The translations under genes and the position numbers were made by a program. From contig JAGCRY010000126.1 of assembly GCA_017964465.1 (NCBI GenBank), positions 1,524-65,523 of the forward strand: DNA of 64,000 bases. Direction: 5' to 3'. Below, in pieces: positions 52,450 to 61,553 of this stretch (position 1 is the stretch's first letter; each line of letters starts with the position of its first letter). The stretch comes from Bacteroidales bacterium. Lineage in GTDB: Bacteria; Bacteroidota; Bacteroidia; Bacteroidales; UBA3824. The notes beneath the pieces were generated by a model. The model saw nothing but the letters and a program-made list of their open reading frames with translations. It did no database searches and was not told where the DNA came from.

Positions 52450-53046
52450 TCAGAATGTAATGTTAGCCCTAATGATGGGATTGGAGAACGAAGTGTTGTT
52501 TTCCAATCCCTTCGTTGCGTTTAGGTTCCATAGCAGCATGAAGTTGAAAGATGCGCGGTCGGTGATTTGCCTGTGGTAGCCGCCGCCGATGAGGATTGGA
52601 ATGTCCACTTTCTTATCGGGGTCGTTGTAGTTTGACCAGTAGTTGTCATAGCATATAGCCTGAGCCTCGGCGTGTACAACGAGGAAATCCAGCGGATGGC
52701 TGTCTGCGTAGATGCCGCCGCCATAGACACTGCTCGAAATCGAATTGTAGGACGAGCTGTATTTGTAGTATTCGTATGTGGCGATTATGCCGGCGGTGAT
52801 GTACTGATTGAAATAGTAGCCGACCTGCGGGTTGAATTGAACGGTGAAATTGCCGGATGTAAATCCAAGCCCGAAGTCGCCGCCAAACCTCAGATGGTCT
52901 ATAAGGCGGTAGCGCTGCGCTGTGCGGCGGTTGTTGTTGGAATTGTTGTCGGAGTTGTCGTCCTCAAAATCCCTGAATTGTGCGAATCCCTGTCCGACGC
53001 CAATCAGCGTCAGAAATGCTATTAATAATAAGGTGTGCTTTTTCAT
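52450..53046 (-). CDS. Hypothetical outer-membrane beta-barrel protein
   Basis: Signal peptide MKKHTLLLIAFLTLIGVGQGFAQ. G/Y/F-rich alternating strands ending in ...IIRANITF. ATG 53046 is preferred over 53076, whose extension is encoded by the repeat tract. Confidence 0.55.
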   Translation of the reverse strand: MKKHTLLLIAFLTLIGVGQGFAQFRDFEDDNSDNNSNNNRRTAQRYRLIDHLRFGGDFGLGFTSGNFTVQFNPQVGYYFNQYITAGIIATYEYYKYSSSYNSISSSVYGGGIYADSHPLDFLVVHAEAQAICYDNYWSNYNDPDKKVDIPILIGGGYHRQITDRASFNFMLLWNLNATKGLENNTSFSNPIIRANITF

Positions 53047-53048
53047 AG

Positions 53049-53090
53049 TTTCAATCTCTTCAATTACTTCAATCACTTCAATTACTTCTT
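53049..53090 (+). repeat. G-free nonamer tract (second copy of the 32120-32165 element), between two minus-strand genes
   Basis: ttcaatctcttcaattacttcaatcacttcaattacttctt has no G on the plus strand, so it is C-free in the minus-strand mRNA sense. Confidence 0.9.
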
Positions 53091-54017
53091 GATTTCTGCC
53101 GCCTGTTTGATGAGGTCGATTTGTTCGGGAGTCATGTTTTTGGGTATGAAGTACTTAACCTTCACGAACAGGTCGCCGAACATTCCGGGAACGTTATATA
53201 CCGGCATTCCTTTGCCCTTCACTCTCAGTTGTTTGCCATACTCAATGCCTTGTGGGATTGTGATTTTTATGTCGCCTGAAAGCGTGCGGAGCAGTATTTC
53301 GCCGCCGAGGATTACCTTGAAGATGTCCACGTAGATTTCTGTGAAAAGTTCGTCGCCGCGCCTCGTGAAGAAGTTGTCCTTGTCGATTTTCACCCTTACG
53401 TAGAGGTCGCCTTTCTTTCCGCCGGCAATTCCCGGGTAGCCCTGTTCGGGGATTTTGAGAAGCTGGTCGTCCGCAATACCCGGCAGTATGGAGATGCGGA
53501 GTTTCTGACCGAGAATTTCAATGATGCGTTTTGAGCCGGTGTAAGCCTCCTGGAGTGTTATGTTGATGGAGCCGGTGAAGTCGTCGCCCTTGAAAAGCGT
53601 GCTGTTGCGGAAGAAGTTGTTGAAGAAGTCGGAATATTCGCTGGTCTTCTTCTTGAAATACTCGAGGTCGAGGTCGAAATCGTCGGCGTCCTTCTTCGCT
53701 TTGTTTGCTGACTTTGAGCCGGTATAGGTCGAGCCGGATGAATATTTGTTGTAGTATGACGAGCCGCTGTTCTTTGTATAGAAGTCATTCGTGTTGTTCT
53801 TTCCGTCGCGCATGATGTCAAATTTCTTGCGCTTTTCAGGGTTGCTGAGCACGTCGTATGCTTCGTTAATGTCCTTGAACATGTCCTCGGCGGTCTTGTT
53901 GCCGGGGTTGCGGTCGGGGTGATATGTCATGGCAAGGCGGCGGTATGACTTTTTAATCTGATCTGCCGTCGCATTGGAATCCACTTCCAGTATCTTGTAA
54001 TAGTCTTTGAATTGCAT
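53082..54017 (-). CDS. J-domain protein (CbpA-like: DnaJ N-terminal plus DnaJ C-terminal domains, no zinc finger)
   Basis: DYYKILEVDSNATADQIKKSYRRLAMTYHPDRNPG...AYDVLSNPEKRKKFD, with a C-terminal beta-sandwich region. Confidence 0.8.
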   Translation of the reverse strand: MQFKDYYKILEVDSNATADQIKKSYRRLAMTYHPDRNPGNKTAEDMFKDINEAYDVLSNPEKRKKFDIMRDGKNNTNDFYTKNSGSSYYNKYSSGSTYTGSKSANKAKKDADDFDLDLEYFKKKTSEYSDFFNNFFRNSTLFKGDDFTGSINITLQEAYTGSKRIIEILGQKLRISILPGIADDQLLKIPEQGYPGIAGGKKGDLYVRVKIDKDNFFTRRGDELFTEIYVDIFKVILGGEILLRTLSGDIKITIPQGIEYGKQLRVKGKGMPVYNVPGMFGDLFVKVKYFIPKNMTPEQIDLIKQAAEIKK

Positions 54018-54105
54018 GATTATTTTTGTAAAAAATGTTTGTATTTTTTGCGGTGTAAATTTAAAAAAAAATTCCTATCTTTACCGCAAAATTTTAGCAA
54101 AAAAA

Positions 54106-54801
54106 TTGGCATTACTAAAAGTTAGCAATCTTTGCAAGACATACTACAAGGGCGAAAACAAAATTTACGCCCTTCGCAACATCAATTTTGATGTTGAGGA
54201 GGGGGAGTTTGTGTCGATTGTGGGCAAGAGCGGCTCTGGAAAATCCACGCTTCTGAACCTCTTAGGCGGCATGGACACCTCCGCCGAGGGTAGCGTGTGC
54301 GTTGGCGGTATTAACATACTGACAATGAGTGAAAAACAGCTCTCACAGTACCGCAAGTTCACTGTCGGGATGATTTTTCAGTCCTTCAATCTCATTCCCA
54401 CGCGCACGGCGATAGACAATGTGAAACTGCCGCTGATTTTCAGCAACTATCCGCGCCGTCTGCGTGAGACGAGGGCGTGCGAGTTGTTGTATAACATGGG
54501 CTTGTATAACCGCGCCTTGCATTATCCGTCGGAGCTCTCCGGCGGCGAGGCTCAGCGCGTCGCAATCGCCCGCGCCCTCGCCAACAAACCCAAGATTATC
54601 CTCGCCGACGAGCCTACGGGCAACCTCGACACGGCTACTTCGGCGGAAATCATTTCGCTTTTGCAGATGTTCAACAAGAAGCACCACATCACAATCATCA
54701 TGGTGACACACGACAAGGAGACCGCCGGGCGTGTGTCGCATAAGACTGTGCTGCTTTCCGACGGCGAAATCATAAAAATCACCACTAACCCTAACCCATG
54801 A
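54106..54801 (+). CDS. ABC transporter ATP-binding protein (MacB/LolD-like)
   Basis: Walker A GKSGSGKST, signature LSGGEAQR, Walker B ILADEPTGNLD. The start is uncertain: in-frame TTG 54106 is proposed, since track start 54007 overlaps the divergent J-protein gene. Confidence 0.8.
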   Translation: MALLKVSNLCKTYYKGENKIYALRNINFDVEEGEFVSIVGKSGSGKSTLLNLLGGMDTSAEGSVCVGGINILTMSEKQLSQYRKFTVGMIFQSFNLIPTRTAIDNVKLPLIFSNYPRRLRETRACELLYNMGLYNRALHYPSELSGGEAQRVAIARALANKPKIILADEPTGNLDTATSAEIISLLQMFNKKHHITIIMVTHDKETAGRVSHKTVLLSDGEIIKITTNPNP

Positions 54802-56195
54802 AAGCGTCAGATATAGCCATACTCGCCTTTTATAATCTCAGGCGCAACACCATGCGCACCATCCTCACGTCGCTCGGCGTGGCGGTGGGCATAGGCTCGC
54901 TTGCGGCTATGATTTCATTTGCGCAGGGCATCTCCGGCAATATCTCTCGCTCTATGGAGAACAATGACATTTTCACTGGACTGACCGCCACAAGCCGTTC
55001 AATAGACCTCGACGACCCGGGCGCACGCCGCAGCTCCAGCATTCTTTCTCAGGAAAAGGCTGAAGTGCCGCTTAATGATTCTGTCATCGACGGCATCCGT
55101 GAATGGAAAGAAGTGGCGATTGCATTCCCGATAGTCTCAAAACCCGCCACTGTCCAACTCGCCGGACGTTCACTGAGGGCGAGCCTGAAGGCTGTGCCGA
55201 TTGAGATGGGCGAGTTTCCGCCGTTTTCAAACATCACACGCGGGCGGTTTTTTGAGTCCGCAGACGAGCCGAGGGTCATCATAAGCCGTCAGATGCTCCA
55301 ACAGATGAAAATCCTCATCGACGGCGAAAGTGATAATGTGGGGCTTGGCGGCGACGTGCTTTCTCTGCCGCTCGATTCGGTTTTGGACAAGGAATTGAAG
55401 ATTGTGACGAGGGTTTTCGACCCTGACAAACTTAATTTTATTAACCCGCGCAAGGGCGAACTCCCGCTCAGCAATGAAGTAACATCGTTGCGCATTGCCG
55501 GCATAATCGACAATGGCGCGTTTTCGTCTGGCGTTTTCAATGGTACTGACGTTGTCATCCCATCATTGGCGATTGACTACGTGCCATGCATCGACCTGCG
55601 CAGCATCTATGACATCATGGACGGCAAGTCGGACAGTCAACACAAATATGGTTCTGTACATATCCGCGTAAAGGAGCATAGGAACTTGAAGACCGTGAAA
55701 TTCAAACTTGAAGAAATGGGTTTGCAGGTGTTTTCTGTGGGTGACAAACTCGAGGACATAGAGAACATTTTCCTGATGCTGGACTCCATATTTGCCGCAG
55801 TGGGCGTGATTGCGTTGTTGGTCTCCATTTTGGGCATCGTGAACACCTTGATAATGGCGATTTATGAACGACGCAAGGAGATTGGCATCATGAAATCTCT
55901 GGGCGGCACGCAGTTCCAGATAAAGATGATTTTCTATGTTGAGGCGGCTTTCATTGGGCTTGTGGGCGGCATTTGCGGCGTGGCAGGCGGAAAACTTGCA
56001 TCACAGGCTGCAAGTTCGTTTGCAAACTCCCAAATCGGCAAAATCATCGGCTGCGACCTTGAATTTTTTGACTTTTCATGGACATTGGCGGTTGTGGCGA
56101 TTCTGTTCTCCGTAATCATCAGCGTCGCCGCCTCATTCTATCCCGCAAACCGCGCAGCAAGCATCGACCCGTTGGATGCGCTGAGGCGAGAATAG
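54798..56195 (+). CDS. ABC transporter permease (FtsX/MacB-type)
   Basis: N-terminal TM, a large periplasmic domain and a C-terminal FtsX-like four-helix bundle. ATGA overlap with the ATPase gene. Confidence 0.8.
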   Translation: MKASDIAILAFYNLRRNTMRTILTSLGVAVGIGSLAAMISFAQGISGNISRSMENNDIFTGLTATSRSIDLDDPGARRSSSILSQEKAEVPLNDSVIDGIREWKEVAIAFPIVSKPATVQLAGRSLRASLKAVPIEMGEFPPFSNITRGRFFESADEPRVIISRQMLQQMKILIDGESDNVGLGGDVLSLPLDSVLDKELKIVTRVFDPDKLNFINPRKGELPLSNEVTSLRIAGIIDNGAFSSGVFNGTDVVIPSLAIDYVPCIDLRSIYDIMDGKSDSQHKYGSVHIRVKEHRNLKTVKFKLEEMGLQVFSVGDKLEDIENIFLMLDSIFAAVGVIALLVSILGIVNTLIMAIYERRKEIGIMKSLGGTQFQIKMIFYVEAAFIGLVGGICGVAGGKLASQAASSFANSQIGKIIGCDLEFFDFSWTLAVVAILFSVIISVAASFYPANRAASIDPLDALRRE

Positions 56196-56211
56196 GGTTT
56201 GTTTCAATGTA

Positions 56212-56790
56212 TTATTTCCTCCAGAAATTCATCTCGTCGATATATTCAAAAACCTTCTCTGGCATGAAGAACCTGACGTCCTTGCCGGCGCGGATGGATT
56301 CGCGGATGAAGGTGCTGGACACTTCTATAATAGGCGTGTCAACGATTTTTATGTTTGGATGGGAGCGGAGCGCACCGCCGTCGCTGCCGTTGCGTGGGAA
56401 GACGATGATTTGGTGATTGTTGATGATTTGCTCGTAATTTTTCCAGCGGTCGAGCCTTTCGAGATTGTCAGTGCCCATGATGAGGGCAAATTCGCGTTTT
56501 GGATATTTTTCGCCCAAATAAGTGAGCGTATCAATAGTATAAGACGGCTTGGGCATCGAAAACTCGATGTCGCAAGCCGCAAATTTTTTGTAGCCCTCTA
56601 TCGCGCGGTTCATGAGTTCGAGCCGCTGATAGTCGGGCAGGAGCGATTCTTTGGTCTTGAATGGGTTTTGAGGGCTGATGACAAACCACAGTACGTCCAG
56701 CCCCGAATTTTCAACGAGGTAGTTTGCGAGCATCAGATGCCCGTTATGGACGGGGTTGAACGACCCGAAATAGAGACCAGTGACCGCCAT
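56212..56790 (-). CDS. nadD: Nicotinate-nucleotide adenylyltransferase
   Basis: GLYFGSFNPVHNGHL, ISPQNPFK, SSTFIRESI. Confidence 0.85.
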   Translation of the reverse strand: MAVTGLYFGSFNPVHNGHLMLANYLVENSGLDVLWFVISPQNPFKTKESLLPDYQRLELMNRAIEGYKKFAACDIEFSMPKPSYTIDTLTYLGEKYPKREFALIMGTDNLERLDRWKNYEQIINNHQIIVFPRNGSDGGALRSHPNIKIVDTPIIEVSSTFIRESIRAGKDVRFFMPEKVFEYIDEMNFWRK

Positions 56791-56796
56791 TTCTGT

Positions 56797-57408
56797 TTAT
56801 TCGTTGAGACGGTAGATGGTCTTTGCTTCCTCAGCCTGAGTGTAGTCCCAGAAGGGTCCGATAGAAAGGCGTTGGAATGTGAGGCCTTCATACAAAGCGT
56901 CGGTGAAAGTTTCGGCAGAGCCAGAAGAAACCGCAGCCGGGCTGTGAGTGAACTCGAAGCTGTTGAGCCTTTTCAGTTCCGTCAGCTGCACCTCAAACCA
57001 GTGCATTGTGCTTGGCGCGGTGGCTTGGGGGAGTTCGTTGATTTTGTCGCGGTTTTTCTTGTAGTAAATCTTGGAGTTCAGGGCTTCAGACTCGCTGTAG
57101 AACGGGCCAATCGCCATCTGACGGTGAGCGATGCCCCACCAAACAGCCTTTGAGAACGCCTTTTTTGTGCCGGACGAGATTTTACCGCCGCCGCCGGTGA
57201 TTTCGATTTCACGTTTTTTGCCGTCGAGACGGATGCGGATGAAATACCAGAAAACGGGCGGCTCGGGCTCGCGGTCGTTGATTTGTTCGGGGCCTGCAAT
57301 GTTGCCGTCGGTTGCGGTCTTGATTGGGTCTATTCCCATGGCACTCAGCGTGTTGCATACGAAAATCATCGCTAATGCCATCGTAAATATCATTACAAAT
57401 TTTTTCAT
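56797..57408 (-). CDS. Hypothetical secreted protein with an internal duplication
   Basis: Signal peptide MKKFVMIFTMALAMIFVCNTLSA. Two ~70-aa halves each end in (A/S)IGPF(Y/W)...EA...IY. No family assigned. Confidence 0.5.
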   Translation of the reverse strand: MKKFVMIFTMALAMIFVCNTLSAMGIDPIKTATDGNIAGPEQINDREPEPPVFWYFIRIRLDGKKREIEITGGGGKISSGTKKAFSKAVWWGIAHRQMAIGPFYSESEALNSKIYYKKNRDKINELPQATAPSTMHWFEVQLTELKRLNSFEFTHSPAAVSSGSAETFTDALYEGLTFQRLSIGPFWDYTQAEEAKTIYRLNE

Positions 57409-57555
57409 GGCTTGTATGTCTTGTTATTGTTGGGTTGAATCTAATTTTCTGTCATAATTCCCATTGCGCAAATTTCATACCACAAGAATTTTGGCAAAAG
57501 AAATAGTTTTTTTTTATTTAAGTGCAAAGTAAACTATTTTTTTTAGATTTTTGAT

Positions 57556-57563
57556 TATATTTG
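57556..57563 (+). promoter_or_regulatory. -7 promoter box TATATTTG
   Basis: Matches TAnnTTTG, 33 nt upstream of ATG 57596. Confidence 0.45.
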
Positions 57564-57595
57564 CAAAGAAAAAAACCAATAAATTTTTTAAGACT

Positions 57596-58237
57596 ATGAA
57601 ACGATTGTTTTTTATCGCCATGGTATGTGGCGCGGTGATGCTGGGCGGTTGCATGGAGACCACCTATCAGAACAAGAAGACTAACAACAACTCCACGACC
57701 ACCACGACGACCACCACAGACGAGAATGGCAACACAACCACGACCACTACGACCACCGACGACAGTGGCAAGGGCAACAAGAAGCCTTCAAAGTCCTTCC
57801 GTTCCCCAAACGGCAAGTTTGCGATTGACTTCGTGAACGTTCCGGACGGACCTATCATCTCGGAAGAGCAAAACAAGGCTGGCATGGTGCAGATTGTGCA
57901 GTATCTTGACCAGGTCGGCAGTAATGGCATGTATTTCGTCATCTACAAGGACTATCCTCACGGCTCAATCAAGGACGACGAGGTGAACGACAAGCTCAAA
58001 CTCGAGGCAAATGCTTTCCTCAAAAACTTTGGCGCGAAGGCTGGCAGCACCTCTGAGGAGCGTCTCGGCGGCAACAAGGGTCTCTCGTTCACTGGCACGA
58101 TGAACGACACAATCAAAGTCAACATGAGGAGCTACTTCGTCGGCAGACGCTATTACCAGTTCGGCACAATCGCCGCTAATTCAGTCATTTCCGACAAGGA
58201 TTCCAAGAAGTTCATCAACTCCTTTGAGCTTGAGTAA
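57596..58237 (+). CDS. Hypothetical lipoprotein with a Thr/Asn-rich linker
   Basis: Lipobox-like MKRLFFIAMVCGAVMLGGC, then NNNSTTTTTTTTDENGNTTTTTTTTDDSG, then a ~150-aa globular domain. Confidence 0.6.
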   Translation: MKRLFFIAMVCGAVMLGGCMETTYQNKKTNNNSTTTTTTTTDENGNTTTTTTTTDDSGKGNKKPSKSFRSPNGKFAIDFVNVPDGPIISEEQNKAGMVQIVQYLDQVGSNGMYFVIYKDYPHGSIKDDEVNDKLKLEANAFLKNFGAKAGSTSEERLGGNKGLSFTGTMNDTIKVNMRSYFVGRRYYQFGTIAANSVISDKDSKKFINSFELE

Positions 58238-58245
58238 TTTTTTTA

Positions 58246-58330
58246 ATGCATAATGCATAATTCATAATGCATAATGGGGCATCTGCCGCATTATGCATTA
58301 TGCATTGAATAAGCCTTATTATGCATTATG
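58246..58330. repeat. AATGCAT heptamer array arranged as a long inverted repeat
   Basis: aatgcat aatgcat aattcat aatgcat aatg...cattatgcattatgcatt...attatgcattatg. A perfect 14-bp stem joins 58264-58277 and 58289-58302. It lies between convergent genes and overlaps the last codons of the PfkB ORF. Confidence 0.9.
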
Positions 58331-59253
58331 TGTTGTGCATTCTGCATTGAAGCAATGTAGTTTTCATGGCTCATGCAGACTTCCTGCGCAAAGCGTGTGG
58401 CGTAGTCCACGATGTCGTCGATGGTTTCCTTTTTGGGATTGGTGCGGAGGTCGTTGCGTAAGAGGTTGTTCTGCACGATGCCGTAGATGATTCCGGCATT
58501 GAAATTGTCGCCCGCGCCGATTGTGCTTATCGGCTTTATGGGCGGCGCGGCGTATTCAAAAGATACGCCTTTTTGATAGAATGAGCATCCGTCCTTGCCT
58601 TTGGTGTAGAAAAACATTGCGTTTCGGTTGATGTTGCGCAGTACTTCAAAGGCGAGCGACTGGTTCCCGCATCCAAACACCAATGAAAAATCCTCGTCAC
58701 TGCCTTTCACGACATCCGCATACCAGATGTTTTCCTCGATGAAGGGCTTGACGGTAGGCAGGGCTTTGAGGTGTGGACGGCGGAAGTTCGGGTCATAGAC
58801 GATTATTGCGCCCTTCGCACGCGCCTGAGTCAGTAGTTGTTTCACACCGTCGCGGATTTCAGGCATGATGGCGTAATATGAGCCGAAAAGAAGTATGTCG
58901 TCCTTCTGGAAGTCGGCGGAAAAACGCGCGAGGTCGGGAGAATGGGGCTTTTGTTTGTAGAATTCATAACTTGCGTCGCCTTTGTCGTCCAAGAACGCCA
59001 AGGCTATGGAAGTCTGCATCGACGAGCCATCGACAAGTTGATGAGGCTCAACATTATTGTTATTGAGGAAGGTGGCGATTTGTTTTCCGATGAGGTCGTC
59101 ACAGAAGTCCGACATGAAGACAGGATTAAGCCCGAGGCGTCCTAAAGTCACCGCGCTGTTAAGCACCGAGCCGCCTGGATTGCCGCCGGTGGGTTTGCCG
59201 CCGTTGAACATGATGTCGAAAACTGTCTCTCCGATTGTGTATATTTTTCTCAT
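58291..59253 (-). CDS. PfkB-family carbohydrate kinase (fructokinase-like)
   Basis: GETVFDIMF...GGNPGGSVLNSAVTLGRLG; C-terminal GAGDNFNAG motif. The last ~13 codons (QHIMHNKAYSMHNA) are encoded by the heptamer array. Confidence 0.8.
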   Translation of the reverse strand: MRKIYTIGETVFDIMFNGGKPTGGNPGGSVLNSAVTLGRLGLNPVFMSDFCDDLIGKQIATFLNNNNVEPHQLVDGSSMQTSIALAFLDDKGDASYEFYKQKPHSPDLARFSADFQKDDILLFGSYYAIMPEIRDGVKQLLTQARAKGAIIVYDPNFRRPHLKALPTVKPFIEENIWYADVVKGSDEDFSLVFGCGNQSLAFEVLRNINRNAMFFYTKGKDGCSFYQKGVSFEYAAPPIKPISTIGAGDNFNAGIIYGIVQNNLLRNDLRTNPKKETIDDIVDYATRFAQEVCMSHENYIASMQNAQHIMHNKAYSMHNA

Positions 59254-59343
59254 AATTAGTGGTTTTTCAGTGTTAATAAAGTTGCCTTTAAAATTTTTCC
59301 TAAAATTAGTTTTATTTTTTTGAATTTTGTATCAAATTTATTG

Positions 59344-59351
59344 TATTTTTG
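59344..59351 (+). promoter_or_regulatory. -7 promoter box TATTTTTG
   Basis: Matches TAnnTTTG, 26 nt upstream of ATG 59377. Confidence 0.4.
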
Positions 59352-59376
59352 TGAAAACTTTTAAAAAGCATACGAG

Positions 59377-60540
59377 ATGGCAAAAATACTCATTGTAGAT
59401 GACGAGCGTACCATACGCAACACCCTCAAGGACATCCTCACATACGAAGGACATGAGATTGTTTTGGCGTTGGATGGCGAGGACGGATTGGATAAAATAA
59501 AGAACGACAAGTTCGACTTAATAATGTGCGACATCAAGATGCCCAAGATGGACGGCATAGAGATGCTCGATAATGTTATGGCGATGGGATTGGACACCCC
59601 GATGGTGATGGTTTCGGGACATGGCACCTTAGAGACAGCCGTGGAAGCCATAAAGAAGGGCGCATACGATTTCATAGAAAAGCCGCTCGACCTCAACCGT
59701 TTGCTCGTGGTCATCAAGAACGCCACGGAGCGCAAGGCTCTGATTGCTGAGACGAAGGAACTCAAGCACCGCATAAACCACAAGTACGACATGGTGGGCG
59801 AATCTGAAAAGATACGCCACGTGAAGGAAATGATTGAGCGCGTTGCACCGACCGAGGCGCGTGTGCTCATACTTGGCGAAAACGGCGCCGGCAAGGAGGT
59901 CGTAGCCCGCTGGCTTCATGAAAAGAGCAAGCGAGCCTCCAAACCCTTCATCGAGGTAAACTGCGCCGCTATCCCGTCGGAACTCATTGAGAGCGAACTT
60001 TTTGGACATGAAAAAGGCTCGTTCACGGGTGCAAGCAAACAGCAGAAAGGCAAGTTTGAGGCGGCAGACCAAGGCACAATCTTCTTGGACGAGATTGGCG
60101 ACATGTCGCTTGCTGCACAGGCAAAAGTGCTGCGTGTTTTGCAGGAAAACAAGATTCTGCGCGTGGGCAGCGACAAGGAGATAAGCATCAATGTCCGCGT
60201 GATAGCCGCAACAAACAAGAACCTCAAGGAAGAAATCAAGGAAGGACGTTTCCGTGAAGACTTGTATCACCGTCTGAGCGTCATTATAATAAAAGTGCCG
60301 TCCCTCAATGAAAGGCTTGAGGACATTCCTTTGCTCGTTGACTATTTTAACAAGCAGATAAGCGGCGAATATAACATGGCGTTGAAGACCTTCACGCCCG
60401 ACGCTATCGAAGAACTTCAAAAAATCAACTGGACCGGCAACATCCGCGAGTTCCGCAATGTCCTGGAGCGTCTCATCATCCTCTGTGATGCTGTCGTGAG
60501 CGGCAACGAGGTCAGGGAATATGTTGTGCCGATGAAGTAG
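59377..60540 (+). CDS. Sigma-54-interacting response regulator (REC plus AAA+), without a C-terminal HTH
   Basis: REC: KILIVDDE...DLIMCDIKMPKMDG. AAA+: GENGAGKE, GSFTGA (GAFTGA variant), LFLDEIG, RVIAATN, FREDLYHRL, NIREFRNVLERL. The protein ends ~20 aa after the last AAA+ motif. Confidence 0.85.
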   Translation: MAKILIVDDERTIRNTLKDILTYEGHEIVLALDGEDGLDKIKNDKFDLIMCDIKMPKMDGIEMLDNVMAMGLDTPMVMVSGHGTLETAVEAIKKGAYDFIEKPLDLNRLLVVIKNATERKALIAETKELKHRINHKYDMVGESEKIRHVKEMIERVAPTEARVLILGENGAGKEVVARWLHEKSKRASKPFIEVNCAAIPSELIESELFGHEKGSFTGASKQQKGKFEAADQGTIFLDEIGDMSLAAQAKVLRVLQENKILRVGSDKEISINVRVIAATNKNLKEEIKEGRFREDLYHRLSVIIIKVPSLNERLEDIPLLVDYFNKQISGEYNMALKTFTPDAIEELQKINWTGNIREFRNVLERLIILCDAVVSGNEVREYVVPMK

Positions 60541-60547
60541 GGGAGAA

Positions 60548-61486
60548 ATGGTGACAAACCTATCAGAAATCACAGACCTAAACAACCTCGAACTTGTGGC
60601 GGCGCACGTCACCGAGGGTTTCATAACTGGACTTCACAAAAGCCCGTTCCATGGCTTTTCGTCGGAGTTCAATGAGCATCGCCTATATAATAAAGGTGAA
60701 TCTACACGTCATATCGACTGGAAACTGTATGCCCGCAGCGAAAAACTTTTTGTGAAGCGTTATGAGGACGAGAGCAACCTGCGTTGTAACATCGTCATCG
60801 ACACGTCGTCGAGCATGAAGTATCCGCAGTCTGGAAAGTTCAACAAACTCGAGATGTCGGTTGTGTGCGCCGCCGCATTGATTAATCTTCTCCGCAGCCA
60901 GCGAGACGCGGTTTCGGTGACATTGTTTGATAAGGACATTTATTTTGAATCCGATTGTAAAATCTCCACGACCCATGCCAAGATGCTGTTTTCGAGGCTT
61001 GAGGAGATTGTGAGAGACAGAAATTTTGATATTAAGGATGGCGGTGCTATGCGCGAGGATTCTCTTGGCGGCAGCATCGCCAAATGCCTTCATCAAGTGG
61101 CTGAAAACACCCACAAACGCAGCCTTATTTTGATTTTCAGCGACATGATGGACAGCGGAAGCGAGGAGGAGGTGTTTTCGGCGTTGCAGCATCTCAGGCA
61201 CGCCAAACATGACGTAATCCTTTTTCACGTCATGGACAGAAAGACCGAGCTTAATTTTGATTTTGAGAACCGCCCATATAAATTTGTTGATATGGAAACT
61301 GGCGGACAAGTTGCTCTCAATCCGCTGGAATACAAAGAGATATACCGTGAATTGTCGTCAGGATTCTGTGGACGACTCCGTAATCATTGTGGCATGTATG
61401 AAATGGACTACGTGGATACCGACGTAGCAACTCCCTTCAAAGAAATCCTCGCCCCGTTCCTGATAAAAAGGGCAGTGCTGCATTGA
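60548..61486 (+). CDS. DUF58 (vWA-like) domain protein
   Basis: GLHKSPFHGFSSEFNEHRLYNKGESTRHIDWKLYARSEKLFVKRYEDESN..VIDTSSSM. It starts 7 nt after the activator stop. Confidence 0.8.
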   Translation: MVTNLSEITDLNNLELVAAHVTEGFITGLHKSPFHGFSSEFNEHRLYNKGESTRHIDWKLYARSEKLFVKRYEDESNLRCNIVIDTSSSMKYPQSGKFNKLEMSVVCAAALINLLRSQRDAVSVTLFDKDIYFESDCKISTTHAKMLFSRLEEIVRDRNFDIKDGGAMREDSLGGSIAKCLHQVAENTHKRSLILIFSDMMDSGSEEEVFSALQHLRHAKHDVILFHVMDRKTELNFDFENRPYKFVDMETGGQVALNPLEYKEIYRELSSGFCGRLRNHCGMYEMDYVDTDVATPFKEILAPFLIKRAVLH

Positions 61487-61488
61487 TA

Positions 61489-61523
61489 ATTGACAATTAA
61501 CAATTGACAATTGACAATTGAGC
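61489..61523. repeat. ATTGACA heptamer array
   Basis: attgaca attaaca attgaca attgaca attgagc lies immediately after the DUF58 stop. It is followed at 61541-61556 by attatgcattatgcat, a fragment of the 58246-58330 array. Confidence 0.9.
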
Positions 61524-61553
61524 TTTCGCCGGATGGCAATTATGCATTATGCA

